From the IMG/VR virus record IMGVR_UViG_3300037483_000275, positions 1 to 57,372 of that record: 57,372 nucleotides of DNA, one strand, 5' to 3'. This DNA comes from a virus. Lineage: Duplodnaviria > Caudoviricetes. The notes beneath the pieces are model-generated. The model made no database searches. It was not told where the DNA came from and worked only from the letters and a program-made list of their open reading frames with translations. Positions within the stretch are counted from its first letter, which is position 1, and every line of letters begins with the position of its first letter. The position numbers were made by a program, and so were the translations under genes. Below, piece by piece: positions 29,825-37,352 of the stretch.

Positions 29825-29920
29825 CCTCCACGGTAGCGGGTGGGTGTGACAACCGGAGCCGGAGGGTCACCCCGATGAGCGGGGGTAGGGGCTCTGTCCG
29901 GTGGTCGTGGATCTCGGCCA

Positions 29921-30742
29921 TCAGACTTCACGGACCCAACGCCAGCAAAGGAGTGCTAGCCCGGCGCCGGCCAGTACGTCCACGACGTAATGCTCCCCCA
30001 AGTAGACTAGCGCCAGTCCCATCGCACCGGTATACACCCCTCCGACGATCATCCACGGGGTGCGCCATGCGCCGAGCATCGTCATGGTGGCGGCGGCGGC
30101 ATGCACCGATGGCATAGCGGCCACGTCATTGCCTCCCGCGACGGAGAGCCCATACTCGTAAAAGCCCGGTGTCAGCCCACCTAACAAGTCGGAGACCGGC
30201 CGGTAGACCGTCGGAAGCAGCCCCATCTGAGCTGCGATCCAGGGTGGCGCGGTTGAGCACAGGACATGTGTCAGGATGGAGAGCCCGAAGACACCGACCA
30301 TACCCAAGAGGACGGGCCGGAGCTGGGCTGGGCGGAAGCGCCAGAGAAGGAGCCCCAGTCCGGGGATCGCCAGAAAGTAGGAGAGATGGATGCCTAACGC
30401 CGCATAATCCCACCACTGGGGAGTCCCAGGGGAGTAGAACCGTTGCTGGAGCTGGACGGTCGGGATGATGGGCCCGGCCAGGATCTGATCGAGTACAATG
30501 GGATAGCGCACAAACACGGGGCCGATTACGTCCGCAATATCTCGCAGGTAGGCAAAGGCGAAAAAGGCCAGGATATAGACGGCCCAGAGGTTAAAGGTCC
30601 GGGATTGGCCCTTGATGCCGGTATAGGCGACGGGAATCACTAGGATCATTGCACTAAGCAGGGTCATGATGCCGCGCGGGATCATGAGCAGCGCCATCAG
30701 GGCCACGAGCAGGACGGTGCGGAAGAGGTCGGACTTTTTCAC
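29921..30742 (-). CDS. PAP2-family, Aur1/inositolphosphorylceramide-synthase-like membrane protein
   Basis: TAPPW, AAMPSVHAA and VYLGEHYVVDVLAG motifs; multiple TM. Confidence 0.85.
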   Translation of the reverse strand: MKKSDLFRTVLLVALMALLMIPRGIMTLLSAMILVIPVAYTGIKGQSRTFNLWAVYILAFFAFAYLRDIADVIGPVFVRYPIVLDQILAGPIIPTVQLQQRFYSPGTPQWWDYAALGIHLSYFLAIPGLGLLLWRFRPAQLRPVLLGMVGVFGLSILTHVLCSTAPPWIAAQMGLLPTVYRPVSDLLGGLTPGFYEYGLSVAGGNDVAAMPSVHAAAATMTMLGAWRTPWMIVGGVYTGAMGLALVYLGEHYVVDVLAGAGLALLCWRWVREV

Positions 30743-30846
30743 GGCACGTCCCCTGCCCCCTGGCCTATCAGGTTTTGTACTGTCACAAGGGGAGACATGG
30801 CGGCGCGGCGATAAACTGACGGCCGCTCATTTCGGCACATCCCTGG

Positions 30847-31110
30847 TCACCGGGGCTTCCCATCCCAGCAGTGTTCCCGATACCAGAGGCTGTCGCTGGG
30901 CCGGATCGTGGGGATACTGTCCTGCCAATCGAGGGCGATTCGAAGGGAGTCGAGAGCGGGTTGCCCCTGTTGGGACAAGGTTTGCCAGAGATTCACCCGC
31001 GACTCAGCCGCCCGGAGGAAGGATTCTTCGGAAGCAATACGGAGACACCGGGATTCTGTGCTTTCCCCACACCCCAGGATCATAAGAAACCAGACGCGTT
31101 TTGCTACCAT
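30847..31110 (-). CDS. Putative small lipoprotein
   Basis: MVAKRVWFLMILGC signal/lipobox-like N-terminus; same strand as repressor and PAP2 genes. Confidence 0.4.
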   Translation of the reverse strand: MVAKRVWFLMILGCGESTESRCLRIASEESFLRAAESRVNLWQTLSQQGQPALDSLRIALDWQDSIPTIRPSDSLWYREHCWDGKPR

Positions 31111-31276
31111 AAACCTATCAACTGTGGTAGTTGTGCGAATCGGGGAAAGGTTGAAGTTTGCATATAGCAAACGGTTACTGCATTTCGCTGCGTAGACGCT
31201 GCGCTTTTCTCTACTCTTGCTTCGGTATCCATTTGGGTTAAAATCGTCGGAGGTCCCAGTGAAGGATGTAGCCCCC

Positions 31277-31555
31277 ATGAGTTTTCGCGTCGTCTTTCGT
31301 GCCACTAAGGCGTTGCCCGATCTGAGCATGGAATTGGGTGACGTACTCGTCTGGGACACCAATTTTGCCCGGCCGTTCCGAGTTGTTCACGCCATTGAGC
31401 CCGACATGGGGGTCGTGGGTATGGCCGAAGCCAACGGGCATCTGGAGATGGTCAGCCACCAGTCCCGTGGTCGCGCCCTTCGTCTGGTCCGTGCCCCTCG
31501 GCTTCCTCTGCCGCTTCGGCTGCGCTCTCGCCATCCTTCGCATTCCGCAGGGTAG
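31277..31555 (+). CDS. Hypothetical protein, convergent with the repressor
   Basis: Protein-like composition and AAGGA upstream; 3' end overlaps the repressor 3' end. Confidence 0.35.
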   Translation: MSFRVVFRATKALPDLSMELGDVLVWDTNFARPFRVVHAIEPDMGVVGMAEANGHLEMVSHQSRGRALRLVRAPRLPLPLRLRSRHPSHSAG

Positions 31556-31898
31556 ATGATCGGCCATCGTCATGGCCGGCCCGGTAGGCTTGCTCCAACA
31601 GAAGGCGAGCCGCCCCGCTCCACCCGCGGAGGAGCCGCTGGACGTGCCGTGGCAAGGCGACGATGTGTCCCAGGCTTGGTATACTGTCCTCTGAGCCCTC
31701 CCCACGCAGCCACCATACCGGAACTCCGGTAGCCCGTTCCAAAGCCTTCCAGTAGGCGTTTGAGATCCGCCCGGTCTTGCCGAGTTCCCAATTTCCGATG
31801 GTCTCCTTATTCACGCCAATGATGTACGCGAGGTCGATTTGGGTGAGACCGGCGTGCCTTCGGGCGCGTAGAATCCGGCTGTCAGTTGGTGTCGGCAA
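31452..31898 (-). CDS. CI-like XRE-family HTH repressor
   Basis: RARRHAGLTQIDLAYIIGVNKETIGNWELG...VPVWWL; divergent from the early operon; AAGGGG before the TTG start. Confidence 0.88.
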   Translation of the reverse strand: MPTPTDSRILRARRHAGLTQIDLAYIIGVNKETIGNWELGKTGRISNAYWKALERATGVPVWWLRGEGSEDSIPSLGHIVALPRHVQRLLRGWSGAARLLLEQAYRAGHDDGRSSTLRNAKDGESAAEAAEEAEGHGPDEGRDHGTGG

Positions 31899-31907
31899 AT
31901 CGGCCCC

Positions 31908-31974
31908 TTGACGTACCGGGATACCGGTAATAATCTATACCGTCATTCCGGTACTTGATACCGGTTTCCCGGTA
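31908..31974. promoter_or_regulatory. Lysis/lysogeny switch: rightward promoter and inverted operator pair
   Basis: TTGACG-17-TAATCT (31908-31936); TACCGGGATACCGGTA (31914-31929) has an inverted copy at 31959-31974 (15/16 identity). Confidence 0.7.
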
Positions 31975-31992
31975 ACGGAGTCTAGTAACTCT

Positions 31993-32193
31993 ATGGCACT
32001 ACACAACATAGTCATTCTACCGCCCGCTCCACGGGGGAGCAAGAAGGGCTGGAAACTGATTTCAGCCAAAGTCCCCCCAGACACGAAAACCGCGCTGCTA
32101 GAACTGGTTCAGAAACGGGTAAAGCGCGAAGGCGATCTGATCCAAGAAGCAGTTGAGGATCTGCTCCGTCGCGAAGGCATCCTGGCGGCCTAA
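31993..32193 (+). CDS. Cro-position small DNA-binding protein (ribbon-helix-helix-like)
   Basis: LISAKVPPDTKTALLELV...LIQEAVEDLL strand-helix-helix pattern. Confidence 0.6.
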   Translation: MALHNIVILPPAPRGSKKGWKLISAKVPPDTKTALLELVQKRVKREGDLIQEAVEDLLRREGILAA

Positions 32194-32726
32194 TGTCTCA
32201 CAGCAGCCGTCCCACCGCCCCCATGATCCGGGACCACACCGCGACGGCAAACCCCGCGGCCAGGATCCAGGCCCCGATCACCCCCACGGATAACAGCACT
32301 CGGTCGCGCATGGGCTCCACAATGCTGGGCACCCGGCGCGTCCGTAAGCCACGCCAGCCGGCCCGGTGGGCAGTCGAAGCGGCCCGTCTCGTTGGGTATC
32401 AGCCGATGACCTGCGAGAAGCGGGTCCAGCTCGGCATTCACGAAGAGGTGGGACACTACGTCCGGGCCGCGCGGTTGTTCGGGGCTCCGGAGATCGCCAC
32501 CAAACTGGCCCAGCCTATCATGGACGCGCTCAACGAGGGACCGATTCTCCCGCTCGATGAAGCGTTGCGGAAGGCGCAGCGGGCAGATGCGCTTGAGGAA
32601 ATTGCAGAGACAGCCTTCCTCACGCATCCCACTCCGGATATGCGCAAGCTGCTGATCGAGGCGACGCGGAACCAGATCGCGACCTCGTGGGAATCGTTGC
32701 GGAGTCTGGAGGCCAACCGTGAGTGA
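32193..32726 (+). CDS. Hypothetical protein (CII position)
   Basis: Coupled to the upstream gene; helical; start uncertain. Confidence 0.5.
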   Translation: MSHSSRPTAPMIRDHTATANPAARIQAPITPTDNSTRSRMGSTMLGTRRVRKPRQPARWAVEAARLVGYQPMTCEKRVQLGIHEEVGHYVRAARLFGAPEIATKLAQPIMDALNEGPILPLDEALRKAQRADALEEIAETAFLTHPTPDMRKLLIEATRNQIATSWESLRSLEANRE

Positions 32727-33228
32727 TTCACAACGGGGCCTCTACCTCTGGTTGATGATCATTCTGTTCGGTGGGGCGGGACTGTTCGCGGTCGTGATGA
32801 CTGTGGTCATGCTCAAGACGCGCCGTGCCTTCCGGCTGGAGATCGACAAGGTGGACGCGCTACTGCGGGCCAAGAAGGAGGCCAACCAGTGATCCCTCCA
32901 ATGACTGCCCCACCGCCACCGCCGTCTACCGATGATTCAGCGTGGATTGATCCTGGCGTTGGTATTTGGCACCCGGTCGCGGCAATCGACTACGTCATCG
33001 CCTTTGGCATCGGTTACGCACTCGGCGCCGTCATCCTCTATGTGGCAGAGCTAGTCCGATGATCCTCCAACTGTTCGTCCTGGGGTTGATCCTCCACGTG
33101 TTGTTAGGCGGGTTGGCGGCGATGGTTCGGGGTATCCGGTGAAAACCCGTGACCCATGGGCCTATGCTCTCGTGGTATTCCTAGCAGTCATCGTGCTGGG
33201 CGTGGGACGGACCGCGGGGGTGTGGTGA
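32719..33228 (+). CDS. Chain of four tiny single-TM ORFs (32719-32892, 32889-33062, 33059-33142, 33139-33228)
   Basis: Translated by hand; each has a hydrophobic helix and is coupled to the next by GTGA/ATGA overlaps; below the ORF-track size cutoff. Confidence 0.6.
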
Positions 33229-33617
33229 GCGCCACGGCAAGTATCGAGCACGGGGTTAGAGCGTACCGCAAAGGCTGTCGGTGTGCAGAGTGTCGCGCGG
33301 GTCAAAGGGAGTATGTACAGGAACGGCGCAAACGGAATCCCGAGAAATTTGCACAGTACAACAAGAACAAGAAGCGCAACCCCGAGAAGGCTGCTCAGTG
33401 GAACAAGGAATGGCGTAAACGAAACCCGGATAAGGTACGGGCCTCAGCAGCGAAAGCACGAAAGCAGTGGAACAAGACACACCCGGAAGAGGCGGCACGT
33501 CGGTACGCCGCGTACCTGCAAAGGCGCGAGGACCGAGGCCAGCAACAGGCGGAGCATAGGCCATACCGCGATCGGATTAGCGATGCTCTCCGCGACTGGC
33601 CAGGAGACGACGAGTGA
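33225..33617 (+). CDS. Basic Zn-binding protein (HG..AY..GCRC..C motif)
   Basis: HGVRAYRKGCRCAECR followed by RNPEK repeats. Confidence 0.55.
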   Translation: MSATASIEHGVRAYRKGCRCAECRAGQREYVQERRKRNPEKFAQYNKNKKRNPEKAAQWNKEWRKRNPDKVRASAAKARKQWNKTHPEEAARRYAAYLQRREDRGQQQAEHRPYRDRISDALRDWPGDDE

Positions 33618-33796
33618 GCCACGTCAGCGACAATGACCCCACGCAATCGGAGCCCTGGTATGACGACGACGAGCCCGAGACGTACCAGTGCATCATCTGC
33701 GGGGAACAGGTCGAGGTCTTCGAGTTAGCGGAGAAGGACCCCCCGATTTGCGAGAACTGCAGCGACAGGGACGACCGATGGGAGGACTCGGAATAA
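33614..33796 (+). CDS. Small acidic Zn-ribbon protein
   Basis: CIIC...CENC. Confidence 0.5.
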   Translation: MSHVSDNDPTQSEPWYDDDEPETYQCIICGEQVEVFELAEKDPPICENCSDRDDRWEDSE

Positions 33797-33856
33797 AAGT
33801 ACCGGGCCAGCGGCTCCCGGTGCAAAGCCGCTACCAACGCATAAGGAATGATTCAC

Positions 33857-34645
33857 ATGGCAAAGGCAAAGGTCACGACGACAGAGGTTGAAGCCACCAT
33901 CCTTGAGGTCAAGCGGGAACGCCTGACGGTGTACGTCGTCGGGGAAACTCCGCTGATCCCGCACGCGATGGCGGCCAAGGCCAAGGAAGAATTACTGCTC
34001 CCCGGCCGACCGAAGAATCGAGCCGAGAAACTGTCCACCGCCAAGCACGATCCGATCGCGGAGTATCGGGACTGCTTCGACCGGGCACGGAAGCCCGAGG
34101 CGGCAACGGCGATTCTCGCGAAGGCGACATGGTTCAAGGGGGCCATGATGACGGCAGCCCTCGACCAGCCGGGCGTGTTCAAGTCCACCATCGGGCGGCT
34201 GTGCTGGGTCCACGGAGACTACAGCTCCGACATGATCCACCTGTACGGGATTCCTCAACTCAAGATGGACGTGGTGCGACAGGCTGGGCAGAACAAAGCA
34301 CCTGACATTCGGAGCCGTCCCTGCCTCGCCCGCTGGTGCTGCCAGATCACGGTGGGCTACAGCGTGCCGCTGATCGCGGAGCGCGACGTGGTGAATCTCC
34401 TGGCGGCGGGTGGGATTACTAGCGGCGTCGGTGACTGGCGGGTCCAGAAGGGTTCGGGGAGCTTCGGCCAGTACCGGCTTGCCACGGCGAATGATCCCGA
34501 AGTGAAAGAGATCATGCGGACGGGCGGGACGGCGACACAGCTCAAAGCCATCGAAGCGCCCGAGTACTACAACGAGGAAACCGCAGACCTGATGGAATGG
34601 TACCTCGAAGCCAGCGCCGCTCGCGGCCTGAGAAAGGTGTCCTGA
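33857..34645 (+). CDS. Solo RAMP/Cas7-like RRM protein, candidate RNA-guided effector
   Basis: LTVYVVGETPLIPH (beta1 plus TPL), ILAKATWFKGAMM (xPxxxxKG-like helix), C-terminal Gly-loop GITSGVGDWRVQKGSGSFGQY; AAGGA RBS. Confidence 0.75.
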   Translation: MAKAKVTTTEVEATILEVKRERLTVYVVGETPLIPHAMAAKAKEELLLPGRPKNRAEKLSTAKHDPIAEYRDCFDRARKPEAATAILAKATWFKGAMMTAALDQPGVFKSTIGRLCWVHGDYSSDMIHLYGIPQLKMDVVRQAGQNKAPDIRSRPCLARWCCQITVGYSVPLIAERDVVNLLAAGGITSGVGDWRVQKGSGSFGQYRLATANDPEVKEIMRTGGTATQLKAIEAPEYYNEETADLMEWYLEASAARGLRKVS

Positions 34646-34649
34646 TCCG

Positions 34650-35123
34650 ATGGAAGCCAGTAAGAAGGAACTGGTCCGGGTGCGGCTGGACGCCCTGGCC
34701 GAGAAGCACGACGGGCTGCTGACCCCCGAGATGGTGGTCGCGGATGCCAAGAACCCCAAGAGCCCGCTGCACGAGCACTTCGTGTGGGACACAAAGAAGG
34801 CCGCCGCCCAGCACTGGCTAGACACAGCCCGCATGCTGATTCGCAGTGTCCGGGTGGTGGTGGTGACCGAGCACAGCGTGTTGTCCTCGGTGGCTTATGT
34901 CCGGGACTCCAGTCTGCCGGGAGACCAGCAGGGCTATCGCTCCCTGGCCTCAATCAAGAGTGACCGGGACCGGGCGCGGGAGACGGTGATGGCGGAGTTC
35001 CTGCGGGCCGAAGGCGTGATGCGGCGGGCGCGGGAGATCGCGGAAGTACTCGACCTGAGCGAGGACGTGGACGAGATCATCGAGAAGATCGACACGACTC
35101 GACAGAAGGCGCAGACGGCATAA
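34650..35123 (+). CDS. Partner protein between the RAMP-like gene and the array
   Basis: LTPEMVVADAKNPKSPLHEHFVWD...ARMLIRSV; 4 nt after the RAMP-like stop. Confidence 0.7.
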   Translation: MEASKKELVRVRLDALAEKHDGLLTPEMVVADAKNPKSPLHEHFVWDTKKAAAQHWLDTARMLIRSVRVVVVTEHSVLSSVAYVRDSSLPGDQQGYRSLASIKSDRDRARETVMAEFLRAEGVMRRAREIAEVLDLSEDVDEIIEKIDTTRQKAQTA

Positions 35124-35132
35124 AGAAAAAAA

Positions 35133-35235
35133 GGGGGGTATAGGATCGCCCTCGGGTAAGGCTGTGATGAATTACTTGCGTCCTCGCAGTCTGGTTGGTT
35201 CCAACGCAAGGGAACTGCCCGGTTCTATACTCCTC
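35133..35235 (+). ncRNA. Structured leader RNA upstream of the array
   Basis: 13-bp closing stem (35133-45/35223-35), inner stem, two hairpins with complementary loops (CTTGCGT/ACGCAAG). Confidence 0.55.
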
Positions 35236-35253
35236 CCATTTCCCCATTTGCTG

Positions 35254-35688
35254 GGTTGATGCGGATAGGTCGGGACGGGTGTGGCAAGGTTTGTTCGGGT
35301 GCGGACTGGTAAGGCGGGGCGGGGAAAGGCCGTAGAGGTTAGGCGCGGGATGGACTGGTCAGGCAAGTCATGGTTAGGTGGGGTACGGAAGGGCTGATGA
35401 GGCGAGGCGCGGTTTGTTCGGGAACGGATGGGATGGGAAAGGTTGGGATAGGCAAGGACTGGCTGATGCGGACGGGGCAAGGACTGGCCGATGCGGACGG
35501 GGTAAGGACTGGCGCGTTTTGGATAGCCCAGGCGTGGTACGGAACGGTGCGGCTGAAGCGGTGAGGCGCGGATCGGATGGGCCAGGTACGGCGAGCTGAG
35601 GATTGGCTGATGCGGCAGAGGTAACGTTTGGACTGGTGAGGATGGGCTTGGAGAGGTCGGGACAGGCGCGGTTAGGAAAGGCCGATGT
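35254..35688 (+). repeat. Non-coding GG-H-NN pentamer array with 9-nt delimiters (candidate guide-RNA array)
   Basis: Delimiters at 35254, 35328, 35392, 35461, 35486, 35551, 35605, 35680 separate runs of 13, 11, 12, 3, 11, 9 and 13 GG-led units. Confidence 0.9.
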
Positions 35689-35705
35689 GGACGAGGGGGG
35701 TACGC

Positions 35706-35915
35706 ATGACACTCAACGACCGACTCATGAATTGGCTGGATAAGCAGACGGCGTATGCGTACTCCATCCTTGCCTACACCCTAAAGGGCGACTGGCACGT
35801 CGAAATCCACTACAGATCCGGTGCGCGAATCGACACCCAAGCCGCGACCCTGCGGCAAGCGGTCCTCGAAGCACGGCTGGAACGGGAGCGGAGCCGGAAG
35901 GTGGAGGCGGCGTGA
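35706..35915 (+). CDS. Hypothetical protein
   Basis: GAGGGGGG RBS at the end of the array; coupled to the next ORF. Confidence 0.55.
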   Translation: MTLNDRLMNWLDKQTAYAYSILAYTLKGDWHVEIHYRSGARIDTQAATLRQAVLEARLERERSRKVEAA

Positions 35916-36535
35916 GAGACTGGGGCGACGACGACGAGTATCTGGACCCCCTGGCCCGCGCTCGGCGCCAGACTGTCCGATGGCAACGCGCGTTTCTCGC
36001 TCTGGTGGTGATCTCGATCCTGACGCTGGTGTTGGTGGGCGCCTTGCTCCGGATGCTGGCCAGGCCGGAGGTCACGCCATGACCTGGCGACTTGACGCGG
36101 AGCTGGCGGCGATGGACGGCCGGATTGAACGGTCGGACCAGTGTCGCGGGGCGGAGCTGACCTACCGGATCGACTACCGGCATCTGGCGAAAGTGCTGCA
36201 AGTGCGGCCGGCGTATCTCGCGACCAAGCCCCGGCTCAAGTACGTCATTCCCGGATTGCGGATTGTCCGGGCGCCCAAGAAAGACGTGGAGGGTGTGCTA
36301 CCACTGAGGCGGGAGACGGCCTGATGCGCTGCGACAACTGGCATCGGAAGACGGTATGAAGCTGAGACGGATGTTTGCCTTCGTATCTCTGAATTGTCTG
36401 GCGCTCGCCGCCTTTATCGGAGCTGCCGCTCTGGGCGTGTCCTTCACGGTCAACATTCTCGTCATTATGGGTTTGTGCATGCCGGTGCTCTGGAATCTCA
36501 TATCGGATTGGCAGCAGGGTGAAAAACTATGGTGA
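35912..36535 (+). CDS. Small ORFs: TM protein 35912-36082, hypothetical 36079-36324, TM protein 36356-36535
   Basis: Hand translation; overlapping start/stop codons; hydrophobic helices. Confidence 0.5.
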
Positions 36536-36752
36536 GCGAAAGTGGCGGAACGGGCGAGACGATCAATCAAGATTGCCGGGGAGAGCGTCTAGCGAACCAT
36601 GCTCGGACGGGGCCAGTGGCCGTCACGCTCCCTTGCCGGTGGCGAATCGGGACTCCGGCACGTTCTGACGCCTAGCAGTAAGTGAGCCCGCTTACAGGGC
36701 GGGCTCGGGACCAGCAGGACCAACAGGCACAGGAAAGGTAGGGAATTACCGC

Positions 36753-37352
36753 ATGACTCACAAGCCCGATACCGCCGTTGCCACTGATAGCGGCAAGTCC
36801 TTCGATCCCCACCCCGAGGGTCAGTTCTCGGCTCAGTGCGTGGACTGCATCAACCTGGGTGAGAAGGTCGAGGAATACGCTGGCCAGTCCAAGAGCCTCC
36901 GGGCGAAAGTGGCCCTGGTGTTCCGGACAGGGGAAGCGCGGGAGGACGGCGAGCTGTACGAAATCAGCAAGGAATTTACTCTGAGCACCAACGAAAAGGG
37001 GAACCTGCGGAAGTTCCTGACATCATGGCGGGGGCGGAGCTTCACCGACCAGGAAGCGGAGCGGTTCGAGGTACATACCCTGGTCGGTGTTGCCGCCCTC
37101 ATCACCGTCGAACACAAGAAATCGCGGAACGATCGGAAGTACGGGAACATCGTGAGCATCACGCGGCTTCCGAAGGGGCTGGAACCGCCGGACGTCGGAG
37201 AATACGAGCGGCCGGAGTTCTGGGCTTCGCGGAAGAAAGAGTACGCGGACGAGGCGGCGAAGTTCCGGGCGGAGACGCAAGCCCCGCAAGGTGAACCGCT
37301 AAACGATTTCCCGGAAGCATTGGACGAGGGCGACGATGATCTCCCCTTCTGA
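36753..37352 (+). CDS. Phage ssDNA-binding protein-like (OB fold)
   Basis: PEGQF...LRKFLTSWRG...YGNIVSI and acidic DDDLPF C-terminal tail. Confidence 0.7.
   Translation: MTHKPDTAVATDSGKSFDPHPEGQFSAQCVDCINLGEKVEEYAGQSKSLRAKVALVFRTGEAREDGELYEISKEFTLSTNEKGNLRKFLTSWRGRSFTDQEAERFEVHTLVGVAALITVEHKKSRNDRKYGNIVSITRLPKGLEPPDVGEYERPEFWASRKKEYADEAAKFRAETQAPQGEPLNDFPEALDEGDDDLPF

Noticed and set aside
35160-35222. HDV-like or hammerhead ribozyme in the leader
   Set aside because: TCCTCGC and TGATGA fragments are present, but I could not build the required P1-P4 or three-stem core
35254-35688. CRISPR array or TIGR (box C/D) array
   Set aside because: No 23-50 nt identical repeats with unique spacers; CTGATGA occurs once and no Nop-domain protein is adjacent
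35254-35688. Simple microsatellite or G-quadruplex tract
   Set aside because: Units are not copies of each other, phase resets at a recurring delimiter, and G at position 3 is avoided; incidental two-tier G4 formation cannot be excluded
35254-35688. Self-target of array units in the phage's own promoters
   Set aside because: By-eye comparison with the 31900 and 40610 promoter regions gave only partial matches; a computational gapped search is needed
35172-35712. ORFs over the array on both strands (Pro-rich on -, Gly/Arg-rich on +)
   Set aside because: The periodicity is 5 nt, not 3; these low-complexity frames lack an RBS and are shadows of the repeat
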